DNA of 64,000 nucleotides from Patescibacteria group bacterium (GCA_038078615.1 JBBTWT010000011.1:7480-71479); one strand, 5' to 3'. Counted from the stretch's first letter, positions 19,910 through 28,747 are shown. The notes: generated from the sequence alone by a model not told the origin. Program-made: numbers and translations.

Positions 19910-20062
19910 TTAATCTTTCTTAATGTTCACCCTGTTAAATTGCTTCGCATCACCTTCGGTGGATTTAACGGGGTGAACCTCCTCCCGCACGATGTACAAT
20001 GGACGATTGATGACTCCGCTACGGATGCGGGCGATCGCATCATAAGCCTCATTGTAGCTCAT
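19910..20062 (-). pseudogene. Remnant of the 3' end of a GT2 gene, homologous to the C-terminus of the 20624..21574 gene.
   Basis: A 50-codon ORF MSYNEAYDAIARIRSGVINRPLYIVREEV... aligns with the ...YIARIHNEVINRPLYIVREKVNIRGNKE tail of the downstream GT2. At DNA level 19981-20035 is about 80% identical to 20651-20706. Confidence 0.5.
19925..19979 (-). repeat. 16-bp inverted repeat (GTTCACCCTGTTAAAT / ATTTAACGGGGTGAAC) enclosing a cacc-UUCG-gugg hairpin, in the leader of the UXS gene.
   Basis: Read directly from the sequence; one mismatch in the 16-bp arms. Confidence 0.5.
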
Positions 20063-20123
20063 TTGCTGACGAGATACCAATTTATCCCATATCTGAGCCG
20101 ATATTCACCATATTTTTTATCTC

Positions 20124-20152
20124 TTGACAGGATGGTTTTTCTCTGATACACT
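20124..20152 (+). promoter_or_regulatory. Sigma70-like promoter TTGACA-N17-TACACT on the plus strand.
   Basis: Perfect -35 and a 4/6 match at -10. No plus-strand gene follows; a terminator lies 35 nt downstream. Confidence 0.4.
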
Positions 20153-20158
20153 GTAAAT

Positions 20159-20217
20159 ACAATGGCATCCCGAAAGGGAAGCTCCGAGGCTCCGCTTTCG
20201 CGGAGCCGTTTTTTTTA
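20159..20217 (+). ncRNA. Candidate sRNA of about 60 nt, antisense to the 3' end of the toxin gene.
   Basis: It runs from the predicted start site to an intrinsic terminator. A ccc-GAAA-ggg hairpin is followed by GGCUCCGC-UUUC-GCGGAGCC and U8. The U-tract overlaps the toxin TAA stop. Confidence 0.4.
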
Positions 20218-20616
20218 TTTCTCTCCCCTTATGAAATTCCTCGTGAAATCCGCTATGACCAAAAAAATCTGATTTTCAATCTTTCCGATACGCCGCAAAA
20301 ATCTCTTTGAACTGACAACGCGAATCTGGAGTACGAGAGCGGAATAGGATTTACTATTATACTGATAACCCAGATAATAAGGATGATCCTTGGTTTTTGT
20401 GCTCAAGGGAACAACCAACGCCAAATAGCGATTGATTTTCTTGAGTACGAGCACGGGTCTTTCGTAATTATGATTTTTCCCATCTTGCTCGAATCCGATA
20501 TTCACCCCGAGCGCACACCACCAAATTTCTTTGTCACGAAAATAAACGATCTTCTCATCCGGAGTACTATGCAGTATTTCTTTCTTCTTGCACCACCCTT
20601 GGAAATCTTTTTTCAT
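20215..20616 (-). CDS. MazF/PemK-family type II toxin-like protein (mRNA interferase fold).
   Basis: ERPVLVLKK...ALVVPLSTKTKD resembles the conserved MazF/EndoA core, at 133 aa. The ATG lies 7 nt after the upstream GT2 stop, and no antitoxin ORF lies upstream. The gene is about 38% GC in a roughly 55% GC neighbourhood. Confidence 0.55.
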   Translation of the reverse strand: MKKDFQGWCKKKEILHSTPDEKIVYFRDKEIWWCALGVNIGFEQDGKNHNYERPVLVLKKINRYLALVVPLSTKTKDHPYYLGYQYNSKSYSALVLQIRVVSSKRFLRRIGKIENQIFLVIADFTRNFIRGEK

Positions 20617-20623
20617 AATTTTG

Positions 20624-21574
20624 TCATTCTTTGTTTCCCCTGATGTTCACCTTCTCCCGCACGATGTAGAGCGGACGGTTGATGACTTCGTTGTGGATGC
20701 GGGCGATGTAGAGGGCGATGAAGCCGAGCGAGACGAGCACGATGCCGATCAAGAACATATTGCTCACGCCGAGGATGGCGATCGGAGTGAACATATCCGG
20801 ATCGATGAACCAGCGGGTGACGAGCATCGCCGCAAGCAGCAGCCCGCTCACCGCCATAATGAAAACGCCTACATACCCCGCCAGACGGAGCGGGAGAAGC
20901 GAGAAAGACGTGAAGCTGTTGAGCGCGAGCCGGAACAGCTTGTTGTACGAGTAGTTCGCGTTGCCGTGGATGCGATCCGGCGCGACAAATTCCACTTTCT
21001 CCCGCTTGTATCCCATCCAGTCGATCATCCCGCGGAACATCCGCTCCCGCTCGGGAAACTTGCGGAACACTTCGATCACCTTCCTGTCCATCAGGCGGAA
21101 ATCAGTCGTTCCGGATTCCGTTTTGACCTCGGATACCTTGTTGAACACCCAATAAAAAAGCTTGGAGGAAAGTTTTTTGAACCATCCGGCTCCTTTGTTC
21201 TCCTTGCGCACGGTATAGACAACCTCGGCACCATTTTCCCAGAGTTCGAGGAATCTCGGGATAAGCTCCGGCGGATGCTGAAGATCCGCATCCATCGTGA
21301 CGACCGCATCGCCCTGCGCCACGTGACACCCGGCCGATGTCGCCGGCTCTTTGCCGAAATTCCTCGAGAAATCCAAGCCCTTGACCCGGTTATCCTCACG
21401 CGAGAGCCTGAGAATCTCGAGCAGGCTGTTATCGGTGCTGCCGTCGTTGACAAAAATGACTTCAAAAATATATTCCGGATGCGCCTCAAATATCTTCTTC
21501 ACCTCATCAAAAACAAGAGGGATGTTTTTTTCCTCATTGAAAACCGGGATGACGACGGAAATTGATTTTGTCAT
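20624..21574 (-). CDS. GT2 polyprenol-phosphate glycosyltransferase (DPM1/ArnC-like).
   Basis: MTKSISVVIPVFNEEKNIP...VIFVNDGSTD... with a two-TM C-terminal region, typical of dolichol/undecaprenol-phosphate hexose synthases. Confidence 0.8.
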   Translation of the reverse strand: MTKSISVVIPVFNEEKNIPLVFDEVKKIFEAHPEYIFEVIFVNDGSTDNSLLEILRLSREDNRVKGLDFSRNFGKEPATSAGCHVAQGDAVVTMDADLQHPPELIPRFLELWENGAEVVYTVRKENKGAGWFKKLSSKLFYWVFNKVSEVKTESGTTDFRLMDRKVIEVFRKFPERERMFRGMIDWMGYKREKVEFVAPDRIHGNANYSYNKLFRLALNSFTSFSLLPLRLAGYVGVFIMAVSGLLLAAMLVTRWFIDPDMFTPIAILGVSNMFLIGIVLVSLGFIALYIARIHNEVINRPLYIVREKVNIRGNKE

Positions 21575-21649
21575 ACACTAAAACAATCTCTAATTTCTAA
21601 CATCTGATTTCTAAATAATTTCAATTTTATAATTTCCAAAACAGCCAAA

Positions 21650-22966
21650 TCACCTCTCATTTGACACTGTTATTCTACACTTTTTCCAGATAAACACAAA
21701 GCCGGAAAGAAGCGCTACCGCCTGCGTGCCGATAACGATCCCGATAATCGAAGCGAGGCTCGTCCCCCAGAAGAAGAGTCCTATGGACTCGATAATCACT
21801 ATCCCCAAAAGCCACTGCGCCGCACGGATACTATGCATAGAGAGCAGCTGCTGCAGCATCAGGTTGACAACGGCGTACAGCCCGGCTGCCAGCCCGAACC
21901 AGCCGAGATATGGCGCGACCGAGAGATACTTGTCGCCGAAGAAAATGCCCATCACGAAGTTCGGAGCGAGAAAATAGACGATGACAGCGACAGCAGCCGC
22001 GAGAACCGTAAGCCCGAACGCCATCCAAAAAACCGAAAAATTCCGCGGCTGCGATTTGTTTTTCTCCACCGACTCCGACGACATCGCGAACAAAACCGCT
22101 GCCATCACGCCCGTCACGAAAAAAATCACTTTGGCCACCACGGCGAGCGCCCCGTACGCCCCGGCCAACTCGGGATCCAGAGAATGCTTGGCAAGGACTA
22201 TATCCACATTGCCGAGCACGACGAGTCCGAGCGTGCCTATGAAAGCCGTCGCGACATAGCCGCGGACGGATGAGAAATCGAACGGTTCTTTCGCTTTTTC
22301 CGATGACGCGACAGGAATATCTTTCTGGCCGTGCGTCAAAAACCGCAACCCTCTCACCGAGATGAAATACCCGATAATGCCTGCCACTGCCAGGCCGAAT
22401 ATGATGCCATCCAGTCCGAAGCCGAACCATGCCAAAACGACTCCGAGCAGCAATTTGGCGGCGGATCCGATGATACCGGCCCTATTGACCGTTCCGAACC
22501 GCTGCCATCCTGACAAGATACCGATGCTTGCCGATGTGAAAAATGTCAGTGCCGCCAGCACCCACAGGAGCGAGACGGCCAACACATCGTCGATCTTGAG
22601 AAATGACTGTACGAAAGGGGTCAGGAGAAATCCCCCCGCCACGAGCGGCCAGCCGTACTTGATGATCCGCCTGTTGAGATAAGAGAAGAGATCGCGACCG
22701 AAAGCGTAATCTTGCCGCGCTTTGGCTATCGCGCCGTATTTGGTGGCTACCATACCGAGCGCGGCTGCCGGCACCGAGACGATAGCGAGCAATGCGATGA
22801 GCGATTGGGCGGCGCCGTACGTCTCGGCGTCCACGATGCGGCCCAGAGAAAAATGGAAAGCGTAGTTGAACACATTTCCCACCATCGATCCCGCAAAAAG
22901 AATGATGCTATTCCTTACAAAAATACTTCCCTGAAGCAGCGTAATGATTCGTTTCATAAACAACAC
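21650..22966 (-). CDS. Polysaccharide biosynthesis protein / Wzx-like flippase (MOP superfamily).
   Basis: 438 aa with about 12-14 TM helices, as in the PST family. Confidence 0.65.
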   Translation of the reverse strand: MLFMKRIITLLQGSIFVRNSIILFAGSMVGNVFNYAFHFSLGRIVDAETYGAAQSLIALLAIVSVPAAALGMVATKYGAIAKARQDYAFGRDLFSYLNRRIIKYGWPLVAGGFLLTPFVQSFLKIDDVLAVSLLWVLAALTFFTSASIGILSGWQRFGTVNRAGIIGSAAKLLLGVVLAWFGFGLDGIIFGLAVAGIIGYFISVRGLRFLTHGQKDIPVASSEKAKEPFDFSSVRGYVATAFIGTLGLVVLGNVDIVLAKHSLDPELAGAYGALAVVAKVIFFVTGVMAAVLFAMSSESVEKNKSQPRNFSVFWMAFGLTVLAAAVAVIVYFLAPNFVMGIFFGDKYLSVAPYLGWFGLAAGLYAVVNLMLQQLLSMHSIRAAQWLLGIVIIESIGLFFWGTSLASIIGIVIGTQAVALLSGFVFIWKKCRITVSNER

Positions 22967-23003
22967 AAACCCACTGACTCCGTGCGTTTTTTCATACCGG
23001 AAA

Positions 23004-23348
23004 TTAAGCCTCGCGTCGCTGTATCACCCAGTGTACGAGCATATGGATGGCCGAGAGGACGAGCGCGCCGAGCACCGCGATCCAGAAGCCATGGACTTCG
23101 AAGCCCTTGATCACGCCGCCGAGCAGCCAGAGGAGGAAACCGTTTATGATGAACGTGAAGATGCCGAGGGTCAAGAGGTTGAGCGGGAGCGTGAGCACGA
23201 GAAGAATAGGCTTGATGGTGATATTCACCAGCCCCCAGAGGAGCGCCAGGACGAGCGCAGTACCGAAGCCCTGCACCGTGATGCCCGTCACGATGTACGG
23301 AAGCGCGAGAAACGCCAGCGCGCTGATAAGCCATTTCAACAAGATCAT
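23004..23348 (-). CDS. Small membrane protein of the phage-holin-IV / DUF360 family.
   Basis: NITIKPILLVLTLPLNLLTLGIFTFIINGFLLWLL...GFEVHGFW matches the PF04020 pattern. Confidence 0.5.
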   Translation of the reverse strand: MILLKWLISALAFLALPYIVTGITVQGFGTALVLALLWGLVNITIKPILLVLTLPLNLLTLGIFTFIINGFLLWLLGGVIKGFEVHGFWIAVLGALVLSAIHMLVHWVIQRREA

Positions 23349-23416
23349 AAGGTTTGTAGTTAGAAAGTTTATAAAGTTCTTGAAGTGAGAAGGTTGGGAA
23401 AGTGCGAAACTAAGAA

Positions 23417-23779
23417 CTACATGCCAAGTTTCTTGATAAAACCGGAAAGCATTCTGGAAATCTCCAATGAAAGTCCCGACATATCAGAATACCCCTTACT
23501 ATCAATATACTCCAATTTACGAGCTAAATAAAGCATGGAGCGTACTTCACCACAAGACCCTTTCGATATATACAAAAACTTCCGGAACTCCTTATTCCCT
23601 TTTCTCTCAAATCCCTCTGCTATATTGTTCATAACGGAAACGGCGGCCCGCTGGATCTGATCGCGAAAAGAATAGTCCTTACTAGACCGAAAAGCGGCAT
23701 AAACGCGCACAGAGAGCTCCTCTGCCTTTTGCCACGCGATAATATCTTCAAATCTTTCTATCGTAGCCATCATTACCAC
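23417..23779 (-). CDS. Four-helix-bundle protein (the family once called 23S rRNA-intervening-sequence protein).
   Basis: 120 aa. IAWQKAEEL...VMNNIAEGFERKGNKEFRKFLYISKGSCGEVRSMLYLA is the family signature. Confidence 0.75.
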   Translation of the reverse strand: MVMMATIERFEDIIAWQKAEELSVRVYAAFRSSKDYSFRDQIQRAAVSVMNNIAEGFERKGNKEFRKFLYISKGSCGEVRSMLYLARKLEYIDSKGYSDMSGLSLEISRMLSGFIKKLGM

Positions 23780-23819
23780 ATCTTAACTTTTGACTTTATA
23801 AACTTTCCACTTTACGAAC

Positions 23820-25250
23820 TCATTTGTGACCGTTGTTTTTGCGGCGTTTGATCAGGGCGCCGGCGGTTTTCAGGCAGATCAGGATATCCAGCCACAGCGA
23901 CCAGTTTTCGATGTAGAAGACGTCCAGATGGTATTCATCCTCGAAGGCGAGGTCGGAACGTCCGGAGATCTGCGCCATACCGGTCACGCCCGGCTTGATC
24001 GTCAGCAGGCGGCGATGGTATTCGGAATAGCGATCCACTTCGCGTTTCTGGTGCGGACGGGGACCGACGAGGCTCATATCGCCTTTCAGGACATTGAAAA
24101 ACTGCGGGAATTCGTCGAGGGAATAACGTTCGATGATGGCGCCTATCTTCAGCCGGCGCGGATCGTCCTTGATCTTGTACAGCACGCCGCCCTGGCGGAT
24201 GTTCTGTTTCGCGATCAGGTCTTTCTCGAATGCGATCGCTTCCTGCATATCCGGGTTCTCGTTCGTGATGCAGTGCTTCCACCGCATATAGCGGAATTTG
24301 TACACGAAGAACCTGTTGCCGTTCTCGCCGATGCGCTCGTTCTTGTAGATGATCGGCCCGTCCGGATCCTCGAGCTTGATCAGGATGGCGATGACGAGCA
24401 TCAGCGGCGAAAACAATACCGTCAGGACGGAACCCGCCACGAGGTCATATGACCGCTTCAGCACTCTGCCCCACCCGTCGAGCGGCGTGTGCTGGAACTC
24501 GATGATCGGCTCGCCGCCCCAGATCTGCATCGTGAAACGCGACGTCTGCAGCGTCGTGGGAAAATACCGGTACGTGATATTGTTGATCTGACAGAAGTCG
24601 AAGAGCTTGCCCTGCTCGTCGTCGGTGAGCGACGGATCGCCGATGATGATCTCGTCGATGCCCTTCTCCTGCCTGATGTTCTTGATGTGCATTATGCTCG
24701 CGTCATCGATCTGATCCACGACGCGGTATCCGAGCGCCTTGTTCCTGACGAGCTTGCTGCGCAGCTTCTGCATCCGGACGTTGTCGCCGATCAAGAGCAC
24801 GCGATGCACGCCCGTCCCCCGGTGCACGAGGAGCCATTTCTGGACGCGCTGGATGGCATAGCGCGCCGCGACGACGTAAAACACCGCGAGCGCCCATCCG
24901 ACGAGAATGACGAAACGCGAAGAGAACCACTCGCGATTGAGGAACACCGCGATGATGAGGATGATCAGCCCGAACGTGATCGCCTTCATCACGCCATAGG
25001 CTTCCTGCCAGAAACGACGTGTCGCACGCATGGAATACAATCCCTCTATCGCGAGAATCAGGATGAAGAACGGCGCGACGACAAGCGCGAAATTGAGATA
25101 GTCTTCGAATGACAGATTGAATACCTTGGAAACATACGCCTGAAATGCCGGGAGGCCGCGCAAAAAATATGCCGTCGCCGCCGCGAGCAGGATCATCATG
25201 AAATCGACCGGGACCTGGATGGTGCTGAAGAATATTTCTGAACGTTTCAT
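23820..25250 (-). CDS. Undecaprenyl-phosphate hexose-1-phosphate transferase (bacterial sugar transferase, WbaP-like). The start is placed at the ATG at 25250; the ORF track extends it to a TTG at 25313.
   Basis: TM helices in the N-terminal half. The C-terminal [22 protein letters not shown] motif is the sugar-transferase signature. The 21-codon TTG extension runs into the rnpB 3' flank. Confidence 0.8.
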   Translation of the reverse strand: MKRSEIFFSTIQVPVDFMMILLAAATAYFLRGLPAFQAYVSKVFNLSFEDYLNFALVVAPFFILILAIEGLYSMRATRRFWQEAYGVMKAITFGLIILIIAVFLNREWFSSRFVILVGWALAVFYVVAARYAIQRVQKWLLVHRGTGVHRVLLIGDNVRMQKLRSKLVRNKALGYRVVDQIDDASIMHIKNIRQEKGIDEIIIGDPSLTDDEQGKLFDFCQINNITYRYFPTTLQTSRFTMQIWGGEPIIEFQHTPLDGWGRVLKRSYDLVAGSVLTVLFSPLMLVIAILIKLEDPDGPIIYKNERIGENGNRFFVYKFRYMRWKHCITNENPDMQEAIAFEKDLIAKQNIRQGGVLYKIKDDPRRLKIGAIIERYSLDEFPQFFNVLKGDMSLVGPRPHQKREVDRYSEYHRRLLTIKPGVTGMAQISGRSDLAFEDEYHLDVFYIENWSLWLDILICLKTAGALIKRRKNNGHK

Positions 25251-25324
25251 ATCTACTAGCTTTTTAGCTTGTGAGCTTCTTAGCTTCTGAATATAGCAGA
25301 AAAATTTCTTCAAAATATTTCCAA

Positions 25325-25972
25325 TGCTTTTCCAGAACAGATCTATAAGCCGGATTCTGTCCCTGTCTTGCGACAGGCGACCATCATTTCTCTTGCCCTG
25401 ATGTTGCCATCAGAATCCTTGCGGTTCTCCCCGGTTGCCCGGGGCACGACCTTGCACTCAAGTAAGGATTTAGCCGTTTCACCCGCGTAAAGAGCTTGCG
25501 CTCCACGCGGCTACGTCCCCTATCGCTAGGGAACGCCTATGTTTCTTTCGTCACATAGCGTCTCTGCTCGCACCTCGCGCCTTCCGCCGGCTGGCGGAGG
25601 CGTATGGGAATTACCCATTACCTGTACCACCGCTCTGCGGTGGAATTTCCAATTTCCAGTTCACAATTTACAATCAAATCTCAATGCATCAATGATCAAA
25701 CGGATTCTTTTGAAAATTGAGTCATTGAAAATTCAATGAAAATTGAACATTGGTTATTGAACATTTCCATCGCAAGGCGATGGCTGAGTGTCCGGACTTT
25801 CCTCGCTCCCAGCACCTCACTTGCACCACAACAGACTGCTTTCTGTTATGAAAAATAGAGAATAATACAACAAAATATTCTCTCTATTGTCTTTCTTTGC
25901 TCTTACGCCAGAGGCGTACGCGCAAGTGAGGTGCTGGGTCACGCGATGATCCGATCTGTTCTGGAAAAGAAC
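25325..25972 (-). ncRNA. rnpB: RNase P RNA (bacterial type A-like), about 640 nt with large insertions.
   Basis: P4 5' strand GAGGAAAGUCCGGAC and 3' strand GACAGAAUCCGGCUUAU with the bulged U. A perfect 17-bp P1 joins 25953-25969 to 25327-25343. CAGGUAAUGGG resembles the conserved GGUAA segment assigned to P5.1, and CGGGUGAAACGGC resembles P11. Confidence 0.8.
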
Positions 25973-26000
25973 GGGAAATCCGTCTCTCTGGAGACAACCT

Positions 26001-26029
26001 ATTATAGCATAAAAAAACGATCCTGGCAA
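26001..26029 (-). promoter_or_regulatory. rnpB promoter, TTGCCA-N17-TATAAT.
   Basis: Minus-strand -35 at 26029..26024 and -10 at 26006..26001, about 25 nt upstream of P1. It overlaps the pheT 3' end. Confidence 0.5.
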
Positions 26030-26039
26030 TCCAGAAATG

Positions 26040-28466
26040 CTATTTATCCCTCAACCGAGCCCCGAATCGCTCTGCGGCTGATGCGACGATGCGGCCGAAG
26101 GTGCTGTCCATCTCTTCGCCCGAGAGCGTACGATCATCCGCGCCGAAAGAGAGATGGAACGCGAGGCTTTTTTCCCCGTCCTGCTCATAGATGTCGAAAA
26201 GCTCATATCTTCTGAGCAGCGGCGTCCCTGCCTCGCGAAGCAACGCTTCCGCCTCCGCGACGGTCACGCTCCGCCGGCTGGCGGACGGGAAAGTGAGCGA
26301 TATATCGCGCAAAGCGTATGGGAATTTCTGGAGCGGTACATACGAGATATCCTCTTTGCGGGACTGCTGCAGCGCGTCTGTCAAAAATCCCGCCATCGCT
26401 ACTCTCGGCTCGAGACCGAATGCCTTCAACACCTTGGGATGGAATTCTCCGATCACGCCGATAAAACTCCCTCTGTAAGCGATGCAGGCGCTCCGGGTGG
26501 GATGAAGCATAGCCATCGTCAGAATTTCCGGAAATGTTTCCGGGAGCTCGAATGTGATAGCGGACGTATCGATATGCAAGGCTTCGAACATCGCCGCCAC
26601 TTTTCCTTTCATAGCGAAGAATGCTTCCCCCTTCTCGCTTTTCTGCGGCAACACCGTCATCAGAAGTAGCGCGGACACTTCTGCCGGCGCCTGCATCTTT
26701 GGATTCCTGGCATAGGCTCTCCCCCATTCAAAACAGTCGAAACGATCGAAGTGGCGGAGATTCTCACGGGTCTTGCGCAACAGAAGCGGCACCGGGCTCA
26801 TACGCAGGTACTTCTGTTCCGGACTGAGCGGGTTTTCCAACTCGAGATGATGATCGAGCGGAAGCAATGCGCCACGCAGATCTTTTTCTCCGTAGAAAGA
26901 ATACGTCATCAGCTCGTCGAAGCCGGCGTGCGCGAGATACTCTTTCGCTTCGCGTTCGAAACGCTTGGCCGGATTTTGCGCAGCCGGCGCGAGCGGCGCG
27001 AGCGGCGCCTGCGCCGGTATCTGGCCATAGCTGTAGAGACGGCCGATCTCTTCGATCAGGTTCCATTCGTCGCGGAGATCGGGACGTCTGGTCGGGACAG
27101 TGACGGTAAACGCCTTTTTCTTCGCGTCCTTCTTCACCGCGAGACCGAGCAGCATGAGATACCACTGTGCCTCGGATGGCGGGATGTCTTTTCCGAGAAC
27201 GCCGGAAATGAGCGCGAGCGGCAGCCTGATTCTCCATGGTCTTTGCACGCGCGGATACACATCCCTCATTCCGACGCATACTCCTCCCGCAAGCGAAACG
27301 ATCAGGGAACAGGCTTCGTTCACGGTTTCTCCCGGGAGATTCGGATCGAGGCCGCGCTCGAAACGGTAGCTCGCGTCCGTCGGGAGATTGTGACGTCCCT
27401 TCATACGGCGGACAGTCGGGCCATCGAAGTTCGCGATTTCGAAAAAAATGTTCTTCGTCTCCTTGGTCACCGCGGCATACGCTCCGCCCATCACTCCGGC
27501 GAGCGCAAGTACCCGTGCATCATCGGCTATCACGATATCTTCCGCGGAAAGTGTCTTCGTTTCTCCGGTCAGGAGCGTGAGTGATTCACCCGCTACCGCG
27601 CGCCGGACAACGACCGCACCAGTTATCTTGTCGGCATCGAAGGCATGCATCGGCTGGCCGAAGAGGAGCATCAGATAGTTCGTGCTGTCGACGATATTGT
27701 TCACCGGCCGCATACCGGAGAGCATCAGTTTCGCTTTCAGCCAGAGCGGCGATTCGTGCACGGAAATATTCCCGAAACGTATACCGATATAGCGCGCGCA
27801 ACCAGCCTGATACTTGATGGATACCCGTGGGGCACGCCGGGTGGAAATCGGCACGATACGCTTGCCTCTCCCCACGAAACGAGGGATGTGTCCGTCGAGC
27901 GCGGCTATCTCGCGCGCCATCCCGCGGTAGGCGAGCGCATCCGCACCGCGATCCGGCAGGATCTTCACCTCGATGATACTGTCATCGAGTCCGAAATATC
28001 CCGCGAACGATACGCCGACGGGCGTGTCTTCCGGAAGTACCAGGATACCGGTATGCTCATCGCCGAGACCGAGCTCCCGAGCCGAGCAGACCATCCCCCG
28101 CGATTCGACGCCGCGCAGTTCGGCAACTTTTATTTCAATCCCTCCGGGCCCGCCTGCCGGCGAGGCAGGCAATTTCACACCGGGCAGAGCTACGGCCACT
28201 TTCTGTCCGAGAGCGATATTGGGCGCGCCACAGACGATCTGGCGGATATCATTCTTTTTCACTTCGACTTCGGCCACGCGCAATTTGTCCGCGTTCGGAT
28301 GCTGCTTGAGACTTATTACCTTGCCCACCACAATACCATCAAGCCCATGCGGGAATTTCTCGATTCCCTCCACCTCGAACGAGTGCGTCATCAACATCTC
28401 CGCCAGTTGCTGGGGTGACTTTTTGGTTCCCGACAATTCTTTGAGCCAATGGTAAGAATATTTCAT
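26040..28466 (-). CDS. pheT: Phenylalanine--tRNA ligase beta subunit.
   Basis: 808 aa with the tRNA-binding, B3/B4, B5 and FDX-ACB domain order. Motifs LKQHPNADKLRVAEVEV and GPGGIEIKV. Confidence 0.9.
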   Translation of the reverse strand: MKYSYHWLKELSGTKKSPQQLAEMLMTHSFEVEGIEKFPHGLDGIVVGKVISLKQHPNADKLRVAEVEVKKNDIRQIVCGAPNIALGQKVAVALPGVKLPASPAGGPGGIEIKVAELRGVESRGMVCSARELGLGDEHTGILVLPEDTPVGVSFAGYFGLDDSIIEVKILPDRGADALAYRGMAREIAALDGHIPRFVGRGKRIVPISTRRAPRVSIKYQAGCARYIGIRFGNISVHESPLWLKAKLMLSGMRPVNNIVDSTNYLMLLFGQPMHAFDADKITGAVVVRRAVAGESLTLLTGETKTLSAEDIVIADDARVLALAGVMGGAYAAVTKETKNIFFEIANFDGPTVRRMKGRHNLPTDASYRFERGLDPNLPGETVNEACSLIVSLAGGVCVGMRDVYPRVQRPWRIRLPLALISGVLGKDIPPSEAQWYLMLLGLAVKKDAKKKAFTVTVPTRRPDLRDEWNLIEEIGRLYSYGQIPAQAPLAPLAPAAQNPAKRFEREAKEYLAHAGFDELMTYSFYGEKDLRGALLPLDHHLELENPLSPEQKYLRMSPVPLLLRKTRENLRHFDRFDCFEWGRAYARNPKMQAPAEVSALLLMTVLPQKSEKGEAFFAMKGKVAAMFEALHIDTSAITFELPETFPEILTMAMLHPTRSACIAYRGSFIGVIGEFHPKVLKAFGLEPRVAMAGFLTDALQQSRKEDISYVPLQKFPYALRDISLTFPSASRRSVTVAEAEALLREAGTPLLRRYELFDIYEQDGEKSLAFHLSFGADDRTLSGEEMDSTFGRIVASAAERFGARLRDK

Positions 28467-28747
28467 ATACGAGGAGAAATTGTGGGGACATTACGATACT
28501 TGAAATAAATAATCACGACGGCAAAGGCGGCGAATAGCTTGATACTGTTACCGATAATGAGCGGGATATTGTGAATAATGATCCCGTACGCCAACCACAT
28601 ACCACCTACCACCAGAATGGAAAGGAATGTCCACAAAGAAACGTCCTGCACGCTTTTTTGCCGTATACTTTTCACTGCCTGAAACAACGGGTTGAATTCC
28701 AGAAGGGTCGAGGCAACAAGCATATATTCCAATGGTGTCAGTTGCAT
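28463..28747 (-). CDS. SemiSWEET / PQ-loop sugar transporter (3-TM).
   Basis: 94 aa. FNPLFQAVKSIRQKSVQDVSLWTF...GGMWLAYGIII...PLIIGNSIKLFAAFAVVIIYFKY parallels known SemiSWEETs. Confidence 0.7.
   Translation of the reverse strand: MQLTPLEYMLVASTLLEFNPLFQAVKSIRQKSVQDVSLWTFLSILVVGGMWLAYGIIIHNIPLIIGNSIKLFAAFAVVIIYFKYRNVPTISPRI

Noticed and set aside
20215-20616. Possibility that the toxin is a type III ToxN/AbiQ toxin with a repeat-RNA antitoxin.
   Set aside because: There are no tandem repeats in the upstream region, since the GT2 gene ends 7 nt before the ATG. The protein looks more like PemK/MazF than ToxN. Only a downstream antisense sRNA candidate was found.
25251-25313. N-terminal extension of the sugar-transferase ORF (TTG start); likewise the pheS extension at 29838-29987.
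   Set aside because: The extensions overlap the rnpB 3' flank and a structured leader, and lack homology. Both ORFs use an alternative TTG start. Internal ATG starts give canonical protein N-termini.
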